Below, in pieces: positions 35,028 through 45,393 of a stretch of 64,000 bases of DNA. The notes below the pieces were generated by a model. It did not search any database. It was not told the DNA's origin and worked only from the letters and a program-made list of their open reading frames with translations. How positions within the stretch are numbered: the first letter of the stretch is position 1; every line of letters begins with the position of its first letter. This stretch comes from Paramoeba atlantica. Taxonomy: Eukaryota; Protista; Discosea. Location of the stretch: assembly GCA_977017575.1 (NCBI GenBank), contig CDRNVI010000004.1, forward strand, positions 496,001 to 560,000, written 5' to 3'. The position numbers and the translations under genes were made by a program.

Positions 35028-37130
35028 ATGCCCCGCGTCTCCAAACGCGACCGTCTCCACTCCCTACGCTCCCAAAAAGTCGACGCCATCACCAATGAAC
35101 CCCTCGGTCCACGCCACCTCGCCATCCCCGTCGGCAACTCCGGCGAATCCCTCCACTACAACACCTCCACCCTCCTCCGTATCGCCAACGAACGCGGAAC
35201 CTTCATGATGCCCCCCTACTTTCGTGAACCCGCGGACCCCGCCTTCATCCAACACCTGGAGAAAATCGAGGGCCGTCCCCTTCCCCTTCTCCCCCAGCCC
35301 TCTCCCACGACCCCCACCCCCCCCAGCGACACCCTCGACCCCTCCCCCGCAGTGGAACACTCTATGGAAGGCTTCGACGACCTGCTGCGTACGCTCCACG
35401 AGCCTCTCAGCCCCAAGAACTTAATCCTCTGCCCCGTGTGCTACCCCCGGGCCGTGGGGCTCTACCTCGACTTCCTGCACGGGACCGGGGCGCTCTCGGA
35501 ATCCGCTCGTAACGGGCTGCAGGAGCGCTGGGTGGACCCGCTGGACGTGCTGCAGTTCCTGCACCAGCGGGACGGGTCGCTGACCCGGGTCGGGTTTCTC
35601 CGGGCCCGGGACTGGAGAGTGCATATTAAAAAACACCATGTAAATAAAATAAAGTATAGTTGTAGTGATGATAATGGTAATACTTATAATAAGGATAAGA
35701 ATAAGAATAGAAATCAAAAGAAAAAAAGAAAAAAGAAGAAGAGCAACAACAAGAAGGGAAAAAAGAACCCTGTTGTACATCATGAACAGGAGGGGGCAGG
35801 GTTTCATGAGACCCTGTTGGCCGAGGAGCACACCACGCGGGAGCACATCCACGGCTTCCTGTGTGCGCAGAACAGTGTGCTGTGTACGCGCCGGCTGTAC
35901 CACCGGCTGCACGGGACCACCACGGCGTACTGGCACGCGGACGCGCACTACAATGTGTACCGGTACAACCGGCTGCTGGAGGAGGTGAGGCGGGGAGGGG
36001 GGGATCTGGAACACACGCTAGTGGAGGGGGACCCGGAGGGGGTGTTGGGGGGAGGGGAGGAGGAGGGGGAAGAGAGCTCTTCCTGTTCCTCTTCTTCTTC
36101 GTCGTCGTCGTCGTCAAGCTCGGGGAAGGGTGGGGGAAAGAGAAAACAAAAAAGGGTGGGGAAGCCTCGAGGGAGGTTTGAAATCGTAAGTGATGATGAG
36201 GATTCTTCGGGTTCGGTGTCGGAGACAAGCACCTCAGGGAGTTCCGGAACAGAAGAGGAGGAAGAGGAAGATGAGATTCAGGCTCTGGCGAAGGGTTATG
36301 AAAAGAGGGCACGGCAGGAACGTCAGGAAACGGGGGTGAACTCCTGGTTCGCTACTGGGGGAGTGCATCACAATGAAACCAACGAGGAGGAGGAAGATGA
36401 TGACAGTTTCTACGCCACCGAGTCGGAAACCTCCTCGCAGTCCACGGGCTCAAGTGAATCCACTGGTCATACTAGGGCCTCGAAGGCAAATCGCACAGCT
36501 CATCGTGATCTCTCGCAACGGACACATTCTTGTTCTTCAACGCCTTCTAGGTCTAGGTTGACACCAACGTCAATATCCAGTGGTACAGATTCATCTTCTT
36601 CTGATGAATCTTCTGCCTCTTCCTCGAATTCTTCCACAGGACTTACACGCTATGAGCGAGGTCAACTAAACCGGATGGCACAGGAGGCCTCATCGCTGTA
36701 TGCCCATTCCGAACCTTCGGCTCTTCATTGGAGGGCGGACCCCACGGAGGAACCACGAGCAACGGATTTGGATAAAGAAATTTGGATACCGAATCCACCA
36801 AAACCACATGGGGTTTTGCGAGACACATGCATCGATCGTTATTTGCAAAAGAATAGGAGCGTGAAGGAAACGAAAAAGTCAGAAAAATCAAGCAAACCTA
36901 AAACTGAGTCTAACGTGGAACTGAAAAAAAGGTCGCAGAAAAGCAAGAACGATGATTCAGAGCGAGAGAAAACCATTCATCGTTCAAACACACCTAACAA
37001 CACACGGAAGCCGCTGCTATGTGATTCACCTGAACGTCGAGATACGCATAACAGTATTGCGAAAAATACCACACCTCCGAGTTCCCACACAACACAACGG
37101 CGCATACTTATCGATACAGAACAGAGCTAA
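35028..37130 (+). CDS. Large hypothetical protein (CPVC motif; K-, E- and S-rich low-complexity tracts)
   Basis: 701-codon open frame from the ATG following a CT tract; structured N-terminal half. Confidence 0.8.
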   Translation: MPRVSKRDRLHSLRSQKVDAITNEPLGPRHLAIPVGNSGESLHYNTSTLLRIANERGTFMMPPYFREPADPAFIQHLEKIEGRPLPLLPQPSPTTPTPPSDTLDPSPAVEHSMEGFDDLLRTLHEPLSPKNLILCPVCYPRAVGLYLDFLHGTGALSESARNGLQERWVDPLDVLQFLHQRDGSLTRVGFLRARDWRVHIKKHHVNKIKYSCSDDNGNTYNKDKNKNRNQKKKRKKKKSNNKKGKKNPVVHHEQEGAGFHETLLAEEHTTREHIHGFLCAQNSVLCTRRLYHRLHGTTTAYWHADAHYNVYRYNRLLEEVRRGGGDLEHTLVEGDPEGVLGGGEEEGEESSSCSSSSSSSSSSSSGKGGGKRKQKRVGKPRGRFEIVSDDEDSSGSVSETSTSGSSGTEEEEEEDEIQALAKGYEKRARQERQETGVNSWFATGGVHHNETNEEEEDDDSFYATESETSSQSTGSSESTGHTRASKANRTAHRDLSQRTHSCSSTPSRSRLTPTSISSGTDSSSSDESSASSSNSSTGLTRYERGQLNRMAQEASSLYAHSEPSALHWRADPTEEPRATDLDKEIWIPNPPKPHGVLRDTCIDRYLQKNRSVKETKKSEKSSKPKTESNVELKKRSQKSKNDDSEREKTIHRSNTPNNTRKPLLCDSPERRDTHNSIAKNTTPPSSHTTQRRILIDTEQS

Positions 37131-37419
37131 GAAACCATTCCCGCACTGTCTTGTACAAATATGGATGGACACATACTGGTATTCTTTTATTGGAGAGCGA
37201 CTCACTATCTTTTCTATCTTGCTCGTTCATGGTGGTGGGAATGATTCATTTTATTGCCTACTAGATTATCTAGCTATTGAATTTTACTTAGATAGACCTG
37301 AGATTAATTTGATTTTTGTTTAATTTTACCTAAGATAAATGTGGTGTGTGTTAACGGTTGGGCAATAAGAGATATGCTGTCCTATCACATAATTTCTTGT
37401 TTATCTGCCATATTTTTAG

Positions 37420-38172
37420 ATGATTATCGCCCTCGCAGACGTAAAACTGGGTAAGGTTCGGGGCTCTATATTGCCCCCGGAAGTACAGCTCAGCCAATTT
37501 GTATCTTTGATCCATAATCCGGATAAGACTTGGAGTGTAGAGCAAGACGTCTGCGAATGGAATGGTGTCGTGTGTAGTGATGAAGGAAAAATTCGTAACC
37601 TATCTTGGGAAGATCGTTACTTGAGCGGGTCCATTCTATGGAGCGCATTGCCTCAGTCTCTCGAAGAACTCAGCTTCGAAAATAACAAACTTTCTGGCTC
37701 AGTGGCATGGGATTATTTGCCTGCGTCATTGGACATAATCGACCTAGGGATGAACCAGTTTATGGGAGCGATATCCATTAAAGATTTGCCACGTGAAATA
37801 GCATTTTTTTCTGTGCATCATAACATATTTGAGGGTACTGTAGACTTGACCGTCTTGCCTCCCTTCTCAATAGAAATACAGTTAAACCACAATAAGTTAT
37901 GCGGAAATTTGGACCTTTCGGGACTTCCACGGGAATTGAGTTGGCTTCTCCTAAGCCAAAATAAGTTTACTGGGACCGTTGACCTGGAACATCTACCTGA
38001 CAAGTTGTTTCGGCTGGATATGGAAAACAATTTGTTTGAAGGGACAGCACGCCTTGGCTCCCTGCCAAAACGTTTGGAGTCCATCGACATATCCGACAAC
38101 TCCTTTTCGCAGATTTTGCCTCAGCCTCCACCACGCGTGGCTAACGTTGGAATACAACACGATAGAAAATAA
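37420..38172 (+). CDS. LRR family protein 5
   Basis: GKVRGSILPPE, VCEWNGVVC and LRRs. Confidence 0.9.
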   Translation: MIIALADVKLGKVRGSILPPEVQLSQFVSLIHNPDKTWSVEQDVCEWNGVVCSDEGKIRNLSWEDRYLSGSILWSALPQSLEELSFENNKLSGSVAWDYLPASLDIIDLGMNQFMGAISIKDLPREIAFFSVHHNIFEGTVDLTVLPPFSIEIQLNHNKLCGNLDLSGLPRELSWLLLSQNKFTGTVDLEHLPDKLFRLDMENNLFEGTARLGSLPKRLESIDISDNSFSQILPQPPPRVANVGIQHDRK

Positions 38173-38363
38173 GTTTTGAATTGAATTCTGAAATCGATCA
38201 CAGTTATCTTTGGGAAAATAAATTTTTATTATTATCACGGAATAAATATTTTATTTTTCGTACTTGTATACAGGGTTCGCCGAAATTACAAAACTATCAA
38301 TATACTGTCACCCCTTTTATAGTTTCGTTTTCATTCAGATGAAAAATCTGCACCCCCGCTTTA

Positions 38364-39957
38364 CAATCCAGGTACTGGTTTCCCCCCCAGGCTCCTGAGC
38401 ACACCGTAAGGGCTTTTGACCTAATTCCTTCGGCATTCAACAGATCTCGAAAAAGTAGCGCGTTTCCCGTCGTTTTTTTGCTCCATCACCCCCCCCCCCC
38501 TGGGTCAAAACTATTCTGAAAACACACGAAAAAATAGCATAATTTTACCAAAAAGAATCAAATATTTCAAAAAATTGGGAGTTTTTCATTCAAATATGTT
38601 GATGTTCATGCGCTCGTTGGCGCAGAGATACAGCCCTTGATGCGACAGCCGATATCATCGGCACAATCCGTATTGACGGATGTCGCACCAAGGGGGTTTA
38701 GCTCGGACTCTGTCGGTAGAGGGGGTCCAGGCAACTCGCCCTCTCTTTACGCAGCCGGAGGGGTGTACTGCAACCGACTCGGTCCCAGTCGGTAGAGGTG
38801 GTCCAGGCAACTCACCACCTCTTTACGCAGCCGGAGGGGCGCACTGCAACCGACCGCTGCCTCGCGATAATGCGAGGCAGAGCCATGCCCAGTGGTCCTC
38901 AAGGGAGGCCACCATGGCGCATGGCCCCCCGGGAAGAAAAGGGCGCGAAGGGAAGAAAGCCGGGGAGGGAAGAAAACCCACTCAAGGAGTGAGCCGGGGA
39001 GGGGTGATGGGGTGGAAGCGCGTCCCCTACTTCGCCGAGAAAGAGGGACAGTTTCGGCCTTAGTGCCGGCCGGCAACGGGCATATAAAACAGTAAGATTA
39101 TGCCCGTTGCCGGGGAAAGAAAAGATGACTAAAGGGAAAATGTACCAACAAGGTACAGAAACTGTATCCTTATTCTATGAATTTGAGGGATACCCCCGTT
39201 AAATCTACTAAAGGTCAGTACTCCAACTCGCCGAAAAACAAGACACCCCCTATTACCCATAAAACTTCGCGATGTGCACTCCCAGAGCGCCTTGAAATTG
39301 TCCGCCAATATAAAAAAGGAAATTCGATTCATACTTTAGCTAAAAAAAATTGGCAGGCAAAAAGGGGGGGTATTCTTGAATATTTAGTTGAAAATAGAGA
39401 ACAAGCGATTGTGCAAATCGACAACGCGGCCACGCATAACAAAACGAAGCGTGTCCTTTTCGAAAAAGGAATTACTCGATTGGAGTGGCCAGCACTCTCT
39501 CCTGACCTCAATCCGATCGAGAATGTTTGGTCAATAATGGACCGAATTGTAAAAACAAATTCTGAAGCCAGAGACTGAAACACAGCTCCGGAAGGCAATA
39601 AAGAAAGCCTTCATGATGCTTAAGCGTCATCCTTATCGACGCCAAGTCTTAAATTGCATAACTTCAGTACCTAAACGCTTGCGAATAGTGCAGAGCGTTC
39701 AAAGAGACCATTGTGGGTATTAATATAGGAATATTCATACATCTTTTTTGTCATTTTTTACCCCCCTTCAAAAATATTTTAATTTTTTGAAATTTGTCAT
39801 CTTTGATCACACCCACCCAGAACCCAGGGGGGGGTGATGGGCAAACAAACGACGGGAAACGCTCTAGTTTTTCGAGATCTGTTGAATGCCGAAGGAATTA
39901 GGTCAAAAGCTCTTACGGTGTGCTCATGAGCCTGGGGGGAAACCCATACCTGGACTG
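38364..39957 (+). mobile_element. Tc1-like element with ~140-bp TIRs and a deleted transposase
   Basis: TA|CAATCCAGG.. and ..CCTGGACTG|TA long inverted ends; IDNAATH and WPALSPDLNPIENVW motifs. Confidence 0.85.
38606..39168 (-). mobile_element. SL-headed repeat, copy 2 (563 bp)
   Basis: Minus strand GATACAGTTTCTGTACCTTGTTG|GTAC; 15-bp hairpin at about 39070-39113; ~70-bp tandem duplication at about 38710-38855. Confidence 0.85.
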
Positions 39958-40403
39958 TATTCTTCCGGCCAAGAAATTTTGCGCCGCGAAGCGGCGCATT
40001 TTTTTAACAATTTTCTACATGTTTTTGTATTAAAATTAGAGATGTGTGTAGAGATATTGCTAGATATTAATTTATTTCCGGTATTTTTTCCCATGCCATT
40101 ACTCACAGTGTGGTAAGCTTCATCCCCCTCTTCATCGCGTTGGGCCTCCCAACGAAACAACAGTTTCGAGCGCGGAGCCTGTCACATTACCAGTGTTCGT
40201 CGGATCACCCCATGGAAGAAAGAACCCAACAATGCAGGAAAAGTTGAATGTGTGCTACTCGAGTAGCAGTGCTCAACAAATCAGCGAGAAGTACGGCTTC
40301 TGATCTCGAGGCATCCATTCCATCCGAAAAGATGGTGCAGATCTTTTCCAGTAAAAAGTAAATATATCGTGGTCGCAAGTGCGATGGGGTTTGAACAAGG
40401 ATA

Positions 40404-43338
40404 CTGTGACCCCCCCCTTTAATATGGACAGGGGGTATCCCCCCCCTTTATTATGGACAAATCCGACCTGGCGCCGCGCAGCGGCGCCAATTTTTTTTTT
40501 TGACGTACCCTTTTTTTTGTCTCTTTTTTTCTGTTTTTTAGGGTATCTGTAGCTAGGTAATTTTATCAGCTTTCACATAGTTCGTCATGTTCATATATTT
40601 CAGTCATTTTTCAACCTAATGAATTCCGTGGAAGGACCCTTAACCTCTTGGATTAAGGCAACACCCCCAAAGCCACAGGTAGGTAATCCAACAATGTTGA
40701 TTACAAATGAGCGCAATGTCCACGCTTCTTTAGATATCCACGTGAAAGAGAAAAGGGGACGAACTGAGCTTAATATATACGAGAAGCGCGAAATCTGCCG
40801 ATCGACTCTCTCGGTAAAAAGAATCCGAGAAAAATACGGAATTTCGCGAAGCGGAGTATATGAAATCCGTAGCCACGGTATGAGCTACTTTCAAAAACTC
40901 ATTGATCGTTCCATGGGGAGCAACCACAGGAATCGTGCTTTTAACGTTCGAGGAGGCGACTACAATGATCCCAAAGCAGTTTGCTACAATAAGTCTGAGG
41001 CAATGGAACGGGTACACCGCTTCTGCGTTCAAGCCTCCTCGTTATGGTGTCCCCTCACCAGAAATATCGTCATCGACATGATACGACAAAATACGGGATT
41101 GACTTCAATTAGTGCTTTGGAAGACACTTATGCGAAGTTCAGACGGTACTATGGTTGGGTGTGGCGGCGGTGGGGCAGAATACAGTGCTTAGCCCCCGCT
41201 GATGTGAACCTCAGAATTTCTCGTTGGGCTGAAAAGCTCTACGTTCAAAACACAGTCCGTTGCTACCGTTTCGCGCTTTTCGGGGATGAAACCGCCATGT
41301 TTGTCAATGGAGAGGTGCAAGGGTACACACTTGCTCCGGTAGGGTGCCCGCAACCTAAGGTAGTGGATACAAACCCAAAGGAAACAGTAACCGCATTTCT
41401 TGCGGGCGTCTATGATTTAGGGGCCGACGAAGTTTACCCGCTCCACCCGACTGTAATTTTTGAGCACGGAGCGAAGCGCAGAGAAAGCTCAACAATTTAT
41501 TCGGAAATGACGAGTTACGCGAATAAATTGAAAGGGATATTTATTGATGTGAGCTCTTCTGGATGGGTGCGAGATGATATATATCCCCGCATGATGCACC
41601 GATACTTGCCACTTACCCTGGAACAATCTTCAACGGCCATCGTTACTGACGACTTCACGGGGCATCGCACTGATGATATTCCCGTCAACTGTGACCCGCA
41701 CACAATTCCTGGCGGGTGCACGAAAGCGATCCAAATTCACGACCGAGTATTCAATCGCCTATTTAAGAGGGCGTACAATGAGTTGCTCAGTGCATGGCGA
41801 ATACAGAACTCTTCGTGTAAGGTAACTCGTTATTTGGTGCTGGAGTGGATAAAAGAGGCCCATTCGAGAGTATGGGTAAAGCATCACAACACTATTCTTA
41901 ACGCCGCCCGCAGGTACATCAAGCAACCAGCTACAGAGTATCCATGGAGCGAGAAGGATCCCGAAAGTGAACCAACCAGAAAAGCGAAAGCTGAGATAAA
42001 AGTCCGTGAGGAAATTTCACCACAAATAGAGTCTTCACGAAATGAGCCGATTGTTGTGCCGGAAACAGAGGAGACTCCTCCCACCCTGGTTGATACGTGG
42101 AAAAAATTTCGACGTCCCAAAAGCTGTCTTACCACGCACGCGGTGGATCAGCTCTGCCAAAACGTAATGGAGGTATATCGGGAATTGCCTAATGCAGACA
42201 GGCATCTCATGTTCCTAAATACCGGACAGACGCAGTTGATGTTAGGCCTGGGCCGCGAGCCAAAACAGCATATTACATCGGTTCGTCGAATAGCCGCGGC
42301 TTTAATTTTTAATGGGCATTTTATCCTTGTCAATTTCCAGAGGTTTGGGCTAACTGTTTTCGACAGTTACGAAACATATTGTCCCTCTGCTCGATCTGAT
42401 TTTCTGAACAGCATCATGATTCACATGCGTCCGCTGATAGGTTTCTCTGCGGAGATGAAGATTAAATACGCCGCAGTGCCGCAACAGCAACCAATGACGA
42501 ATGAATGCGGGCTCCATTTGGTAAACAATCTGTGTAACTTGCTTTTTTTAGTTCCCGTGGAGAACAAGCTCACACGCAAAAATATCTCAAAAACATGGCG
42601 ACCATGCGTTCCCGGTGCTCTGTCTCATCGTTCTGCCCTCACTGAAGAGCTTCACGATGAGGAAATAATTGACACTCAAGATTGTTTGGGGCAACTAATG
42701 CTTCATCCAGACAATGACCGCGGGGACATGGACACAGAGGGGTGGGATCAGTCAGTAGCGTATGATGATACTTTTGAATTGTAAAAGGGCTGTTATTTTG
42801 TTGTGATAAGTTTACGTGGGTTTTTTTACGTGAGCTCTTAACGTTGGTCTTGTTTTTTCCCGTCGTGAACGTAAGTTCTTTCTTTCCACCTTTAGTTCAT
42901 TTGTGTGAAACTTTGTATGAGTAGGAAGTTTGGGCTCGATTTTTACGTTAGAACATCTACAATTTAACTGAATGGAACCTTTATAGCTACACGGAATATA
43001 GAGCTGAATGTCAGCATGCATGATTTTTTGCTTGTTGTTAATTTTTTATTCCTAATTATAGTGTACATCAATAATGTATATCCTCCATGTACCCTTCACC
43101 CTTATGAAGAAGTGCCCCTTCACCCCTCATTGACGCCCTCCTCCCCCGCCCTCTTCCTCTGCTCTCCTCGCCCTCTCTCCTGGACATGGATTTTACAATT
43201 TTGATTTTTTGTCGTATAATAAGTAAAAAAGGTGCCGCGAAGCGGCGCCGAATTTTTTTTCACACCCCTTTCATCGCCCCCCCCCTTTATTATGGACAAA
43301 AGCCGAAAAAGTGTCCATATTAAAGGGGGGGGTCACAG
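40404..43338 (+). mobile_element. Intact pogo-like DNA transposon (2935 bp)
   Basis: Perfect 27-bp TIRs CTGTGACCCCCCCCTTTAATATGGACA and TA TSD; a paralogous empty site lies near 17240. Confidence 0.92.
40619..42784 (+). CDS. pogo/DDE_1-type transposase fused to a C-terminal Ulp1/C48-like cysteine protease
   Basis: HTH region, GDET, TDDFTGH, IPGGCT..QIHDRVFNRLFK; then GHFILV, VFDSY, PQQ..NECG. Confidence 0.85.
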   Translation: MNSVEGPLTSWIKATPPKPQVGNPTMLITNERNVHASLDIHVKEKRGRTELNIYEKREICRSTLSVKRIREKYGISRSGVYEIRSHGMSYFQKLIDRSMGSNHRNRAFNVRGGDYNDPKAVCYNKSEAMERVHRFCVQASSLWCPLTRNIVIDMIRQNTGLTSISALEDTYAKFRRYYGWVWRRWGRIQCLAPADVNLRISRWAEKLYVQNTVRCYRFALFGDETAMFVNGEVQGYTLAPVGCPQPKVVDTNPKETVTAFLAGVYDLGADEVYPLHPTVIFEHGAKRRESSTIYSEMTSYANKLKGIFIDVSSSGWVRDDIYPRMMHRYLPLTLEQSSTAIVTDDFTGHRTDDIPVNCDPHTIPGGCTKAIQIHDRVFNRLFKRAYNELLSAWRIQNSSCKVTRYLVLEWIKEAHSRVWVKHHNTILNAARRYIKQPATEYPWSEKDPESEPTRKAKAEIKVREEISPQIESSRNEPIVVPETEETPPTLVDTWKKFRRPKSCLTTHAVDQLCQNVMEVYRELPNADRHLMFLNTGQTQLMLGLGREPKQHITSVRRIAAALIFNGHFILVNFQRFGLTVFDSYETYCPSARSDFLNSIMIHMRPLIGFSAEMKIKYAAVPQQQPMTNECGLHLVNNLCNLLFLVPVENKLTRKNISKTWRPCVPGALSHRSALTEELHDEEIIDTQDCLGQLMLHPDNDRGDMDTEGWDQSVAYDDTFEL

Positions 43339-43695
43339 TAAACATGTCGAGATGCAAAAAAACTTAATAGACTCCTCCTTGGCGAGATGGGCGGGATTAC
43401 AGTGCGTGCTTACATGCGCCTGCTGTAGCAAATGTGAATGTACCTCGTTTCAAAGGCTGGCCCATGAAGGTTCTAGTGGGTAAATCGTCCCGACACGTAT
43501 TCACTAGTGTACACCGTAAGTTGATTGTCTGCAAACGGCAACAAACATTGTGCCCTGTATGATTGGAGATTACAGGATTGACTTTTGTCTAAAATAAGAG
43601 AAAACTCGCGCCAAATGCTGTAAGTAATTTGGGCTACGTAACGTTAGACTTTAACGGCTAAAGGATTATCCTGTAAAGGATTTCTCAGAAAAGTA

Positions 43696-45303
43696 CTGTA
43701 CCCCCCCTAGTTATCTGTTGCTACTTTTCGAGAAAAGGTGACAGATAAATAGTGGGGGGGTAGGGGTGCGACAGATAACTAGGGGGGCCAAAGTGCGGCA
43801 GATAACTAGGGGGGTCCGCCGCCAAAAAAAACGAGGGAACGAAATGTTACAGAAACGGTATCTTTATTGCCTAGGAAGATTCCTTTCTACCCCAATAGGG
43901 TACTACAAGCTGATGGCATGCGCCTACGGGTTAAAAGAAGCCCAGAGAGTAATTCACACACATTTTATAGAGTTAAAATATTAATTATGTTACATCCATG
44001 GGTTAAAGTAAAACATCGGGAGCTATCGGACTCCAATTTTCAAAAATGTCACGACGGGAAATAATGTCAATATCACGGATTTCAAATAAGGTGCAATACA
44101 TATTATTTACCACGTGAATTGCACAACTGTTTTCACCAGAACCTTGCTGCGGACAACGCATTGGCACTATTAAATACGGTGAAGAGTCCGTTTTCAAATG
44201 TTCACATACACGATCTTTAAATTTCTTTATATTATCATTGAAAATTTGAGACGCGTACCCATTGAAACTGTCATAAATCGCTATAATATGACCCCGCACA
44301 TGAACTAGAACGTAGTGATATGCATAGTACAAACATGCAAATATGCGAGTGCTATGTGAGGCTTGAGATGAAAATTTGGCTCGCCCCATAATAAGAAGCA
44401 TATTCTGCACGTTCCAGAAAATAACATCTTCAGAAGGAAATTTCTCTTTATAAACAAGAAAGTCTATCGCAAAGAAAGTCAAGCTTGGTGGAGGGAATCA
44501 GCGCACCTTTTCGTCGCAGACGTGCCCATTCATCTGCTTTCGGAGACTGCTCTGATAGTTGGGGGGCAAGAGAAGGTGGTGTCTTCTCTGTCGTGATTAA
44601 ATTTCCGCAGCCGCTTACTTTTTCCTCCTGCTTTCGTTATCGTGGCCTGACAATGTGTTGCACCCTTTTCCTTGATGCGTTGCATTGTACGTAATGTTAC
44701 CGAAAAGGATTCGCTAAGCTCCTTCGTCTTCAGGGTACTCTGACATATACAATGTATTCTGTGCAGTTAGTTCTTTAGAAGTTTTAACTAGCACAGTGGG
44801 AACATCGGAAGATTTCTCGTGCAGTGGAGTAATAAGAGGGCCCACTCGTGGAGCAGGCGGCCTTGCTTTAATCCAAGAGGAAAGCGGGCCGATAGGTCGC
44901 TGAGAAAGGGAAGACGGCTGAGACTTCTGAGAGAAAGGGGATGGCGAAGACGGCAGTGAAGGGGATAAGGGCGGGGATGATGAAGGGGATGATGGAAGAG
45001 ATACCGAAGCGGACGATGATGGGGATGATGAAGGGCATGATGAAGGGGATGATGGAGGGGATAACGAGCTCCGACTCCTGTTTTCCAATTATGACCGTAG
45101 AACGCCACGCAAAACCATTATCCTGAAAGCAGAACAGAAAAAAAGAATTGAAGTTTCGCTTCTAATTTTATAAATTTTTATTTTTGTTTAGAAAGGCGAT
45201 AGATCACTAGGGGGGTGTTCGAAAGAAAAAAAAATTCGAAGGGCCGAAAAGCGACAAATAACTAGGGGGGTGGGGGTGCGACAGATAACTAGGGGAGGTA
45301 CAG
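43696..45303 (-). mobile_element. TA-flanked element carrying a Ulp1-like remnant without a DDE domain (1608 bp)
   Basis: TIRs CTGTACCCCCCCTAGTTATCTGT / ACAGATAACTAGGGGAGGTACAG; GPLSSWIKARPP, YHYVLV, IYDSF, PQQ..NSCA. Confidence 0.8.
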
Positions 45304-45393
45304 TATTATACGGCAGACTACTTTTCGGGGAGCTTTTGCTTCAAACATAAACCGATTCAAATATTTTATTTCGGACCTCGCAGTTTACACAGC

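Larger units (their letters stand above)
38305..43612. mobile_element. Family H, copy 2, host to two nested insertions
   Basis: Left TIR at 38305. Removing 38364-39959 and 40404-43340 gives sequence colinear with 16724-17525. Confidence 0.8.
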
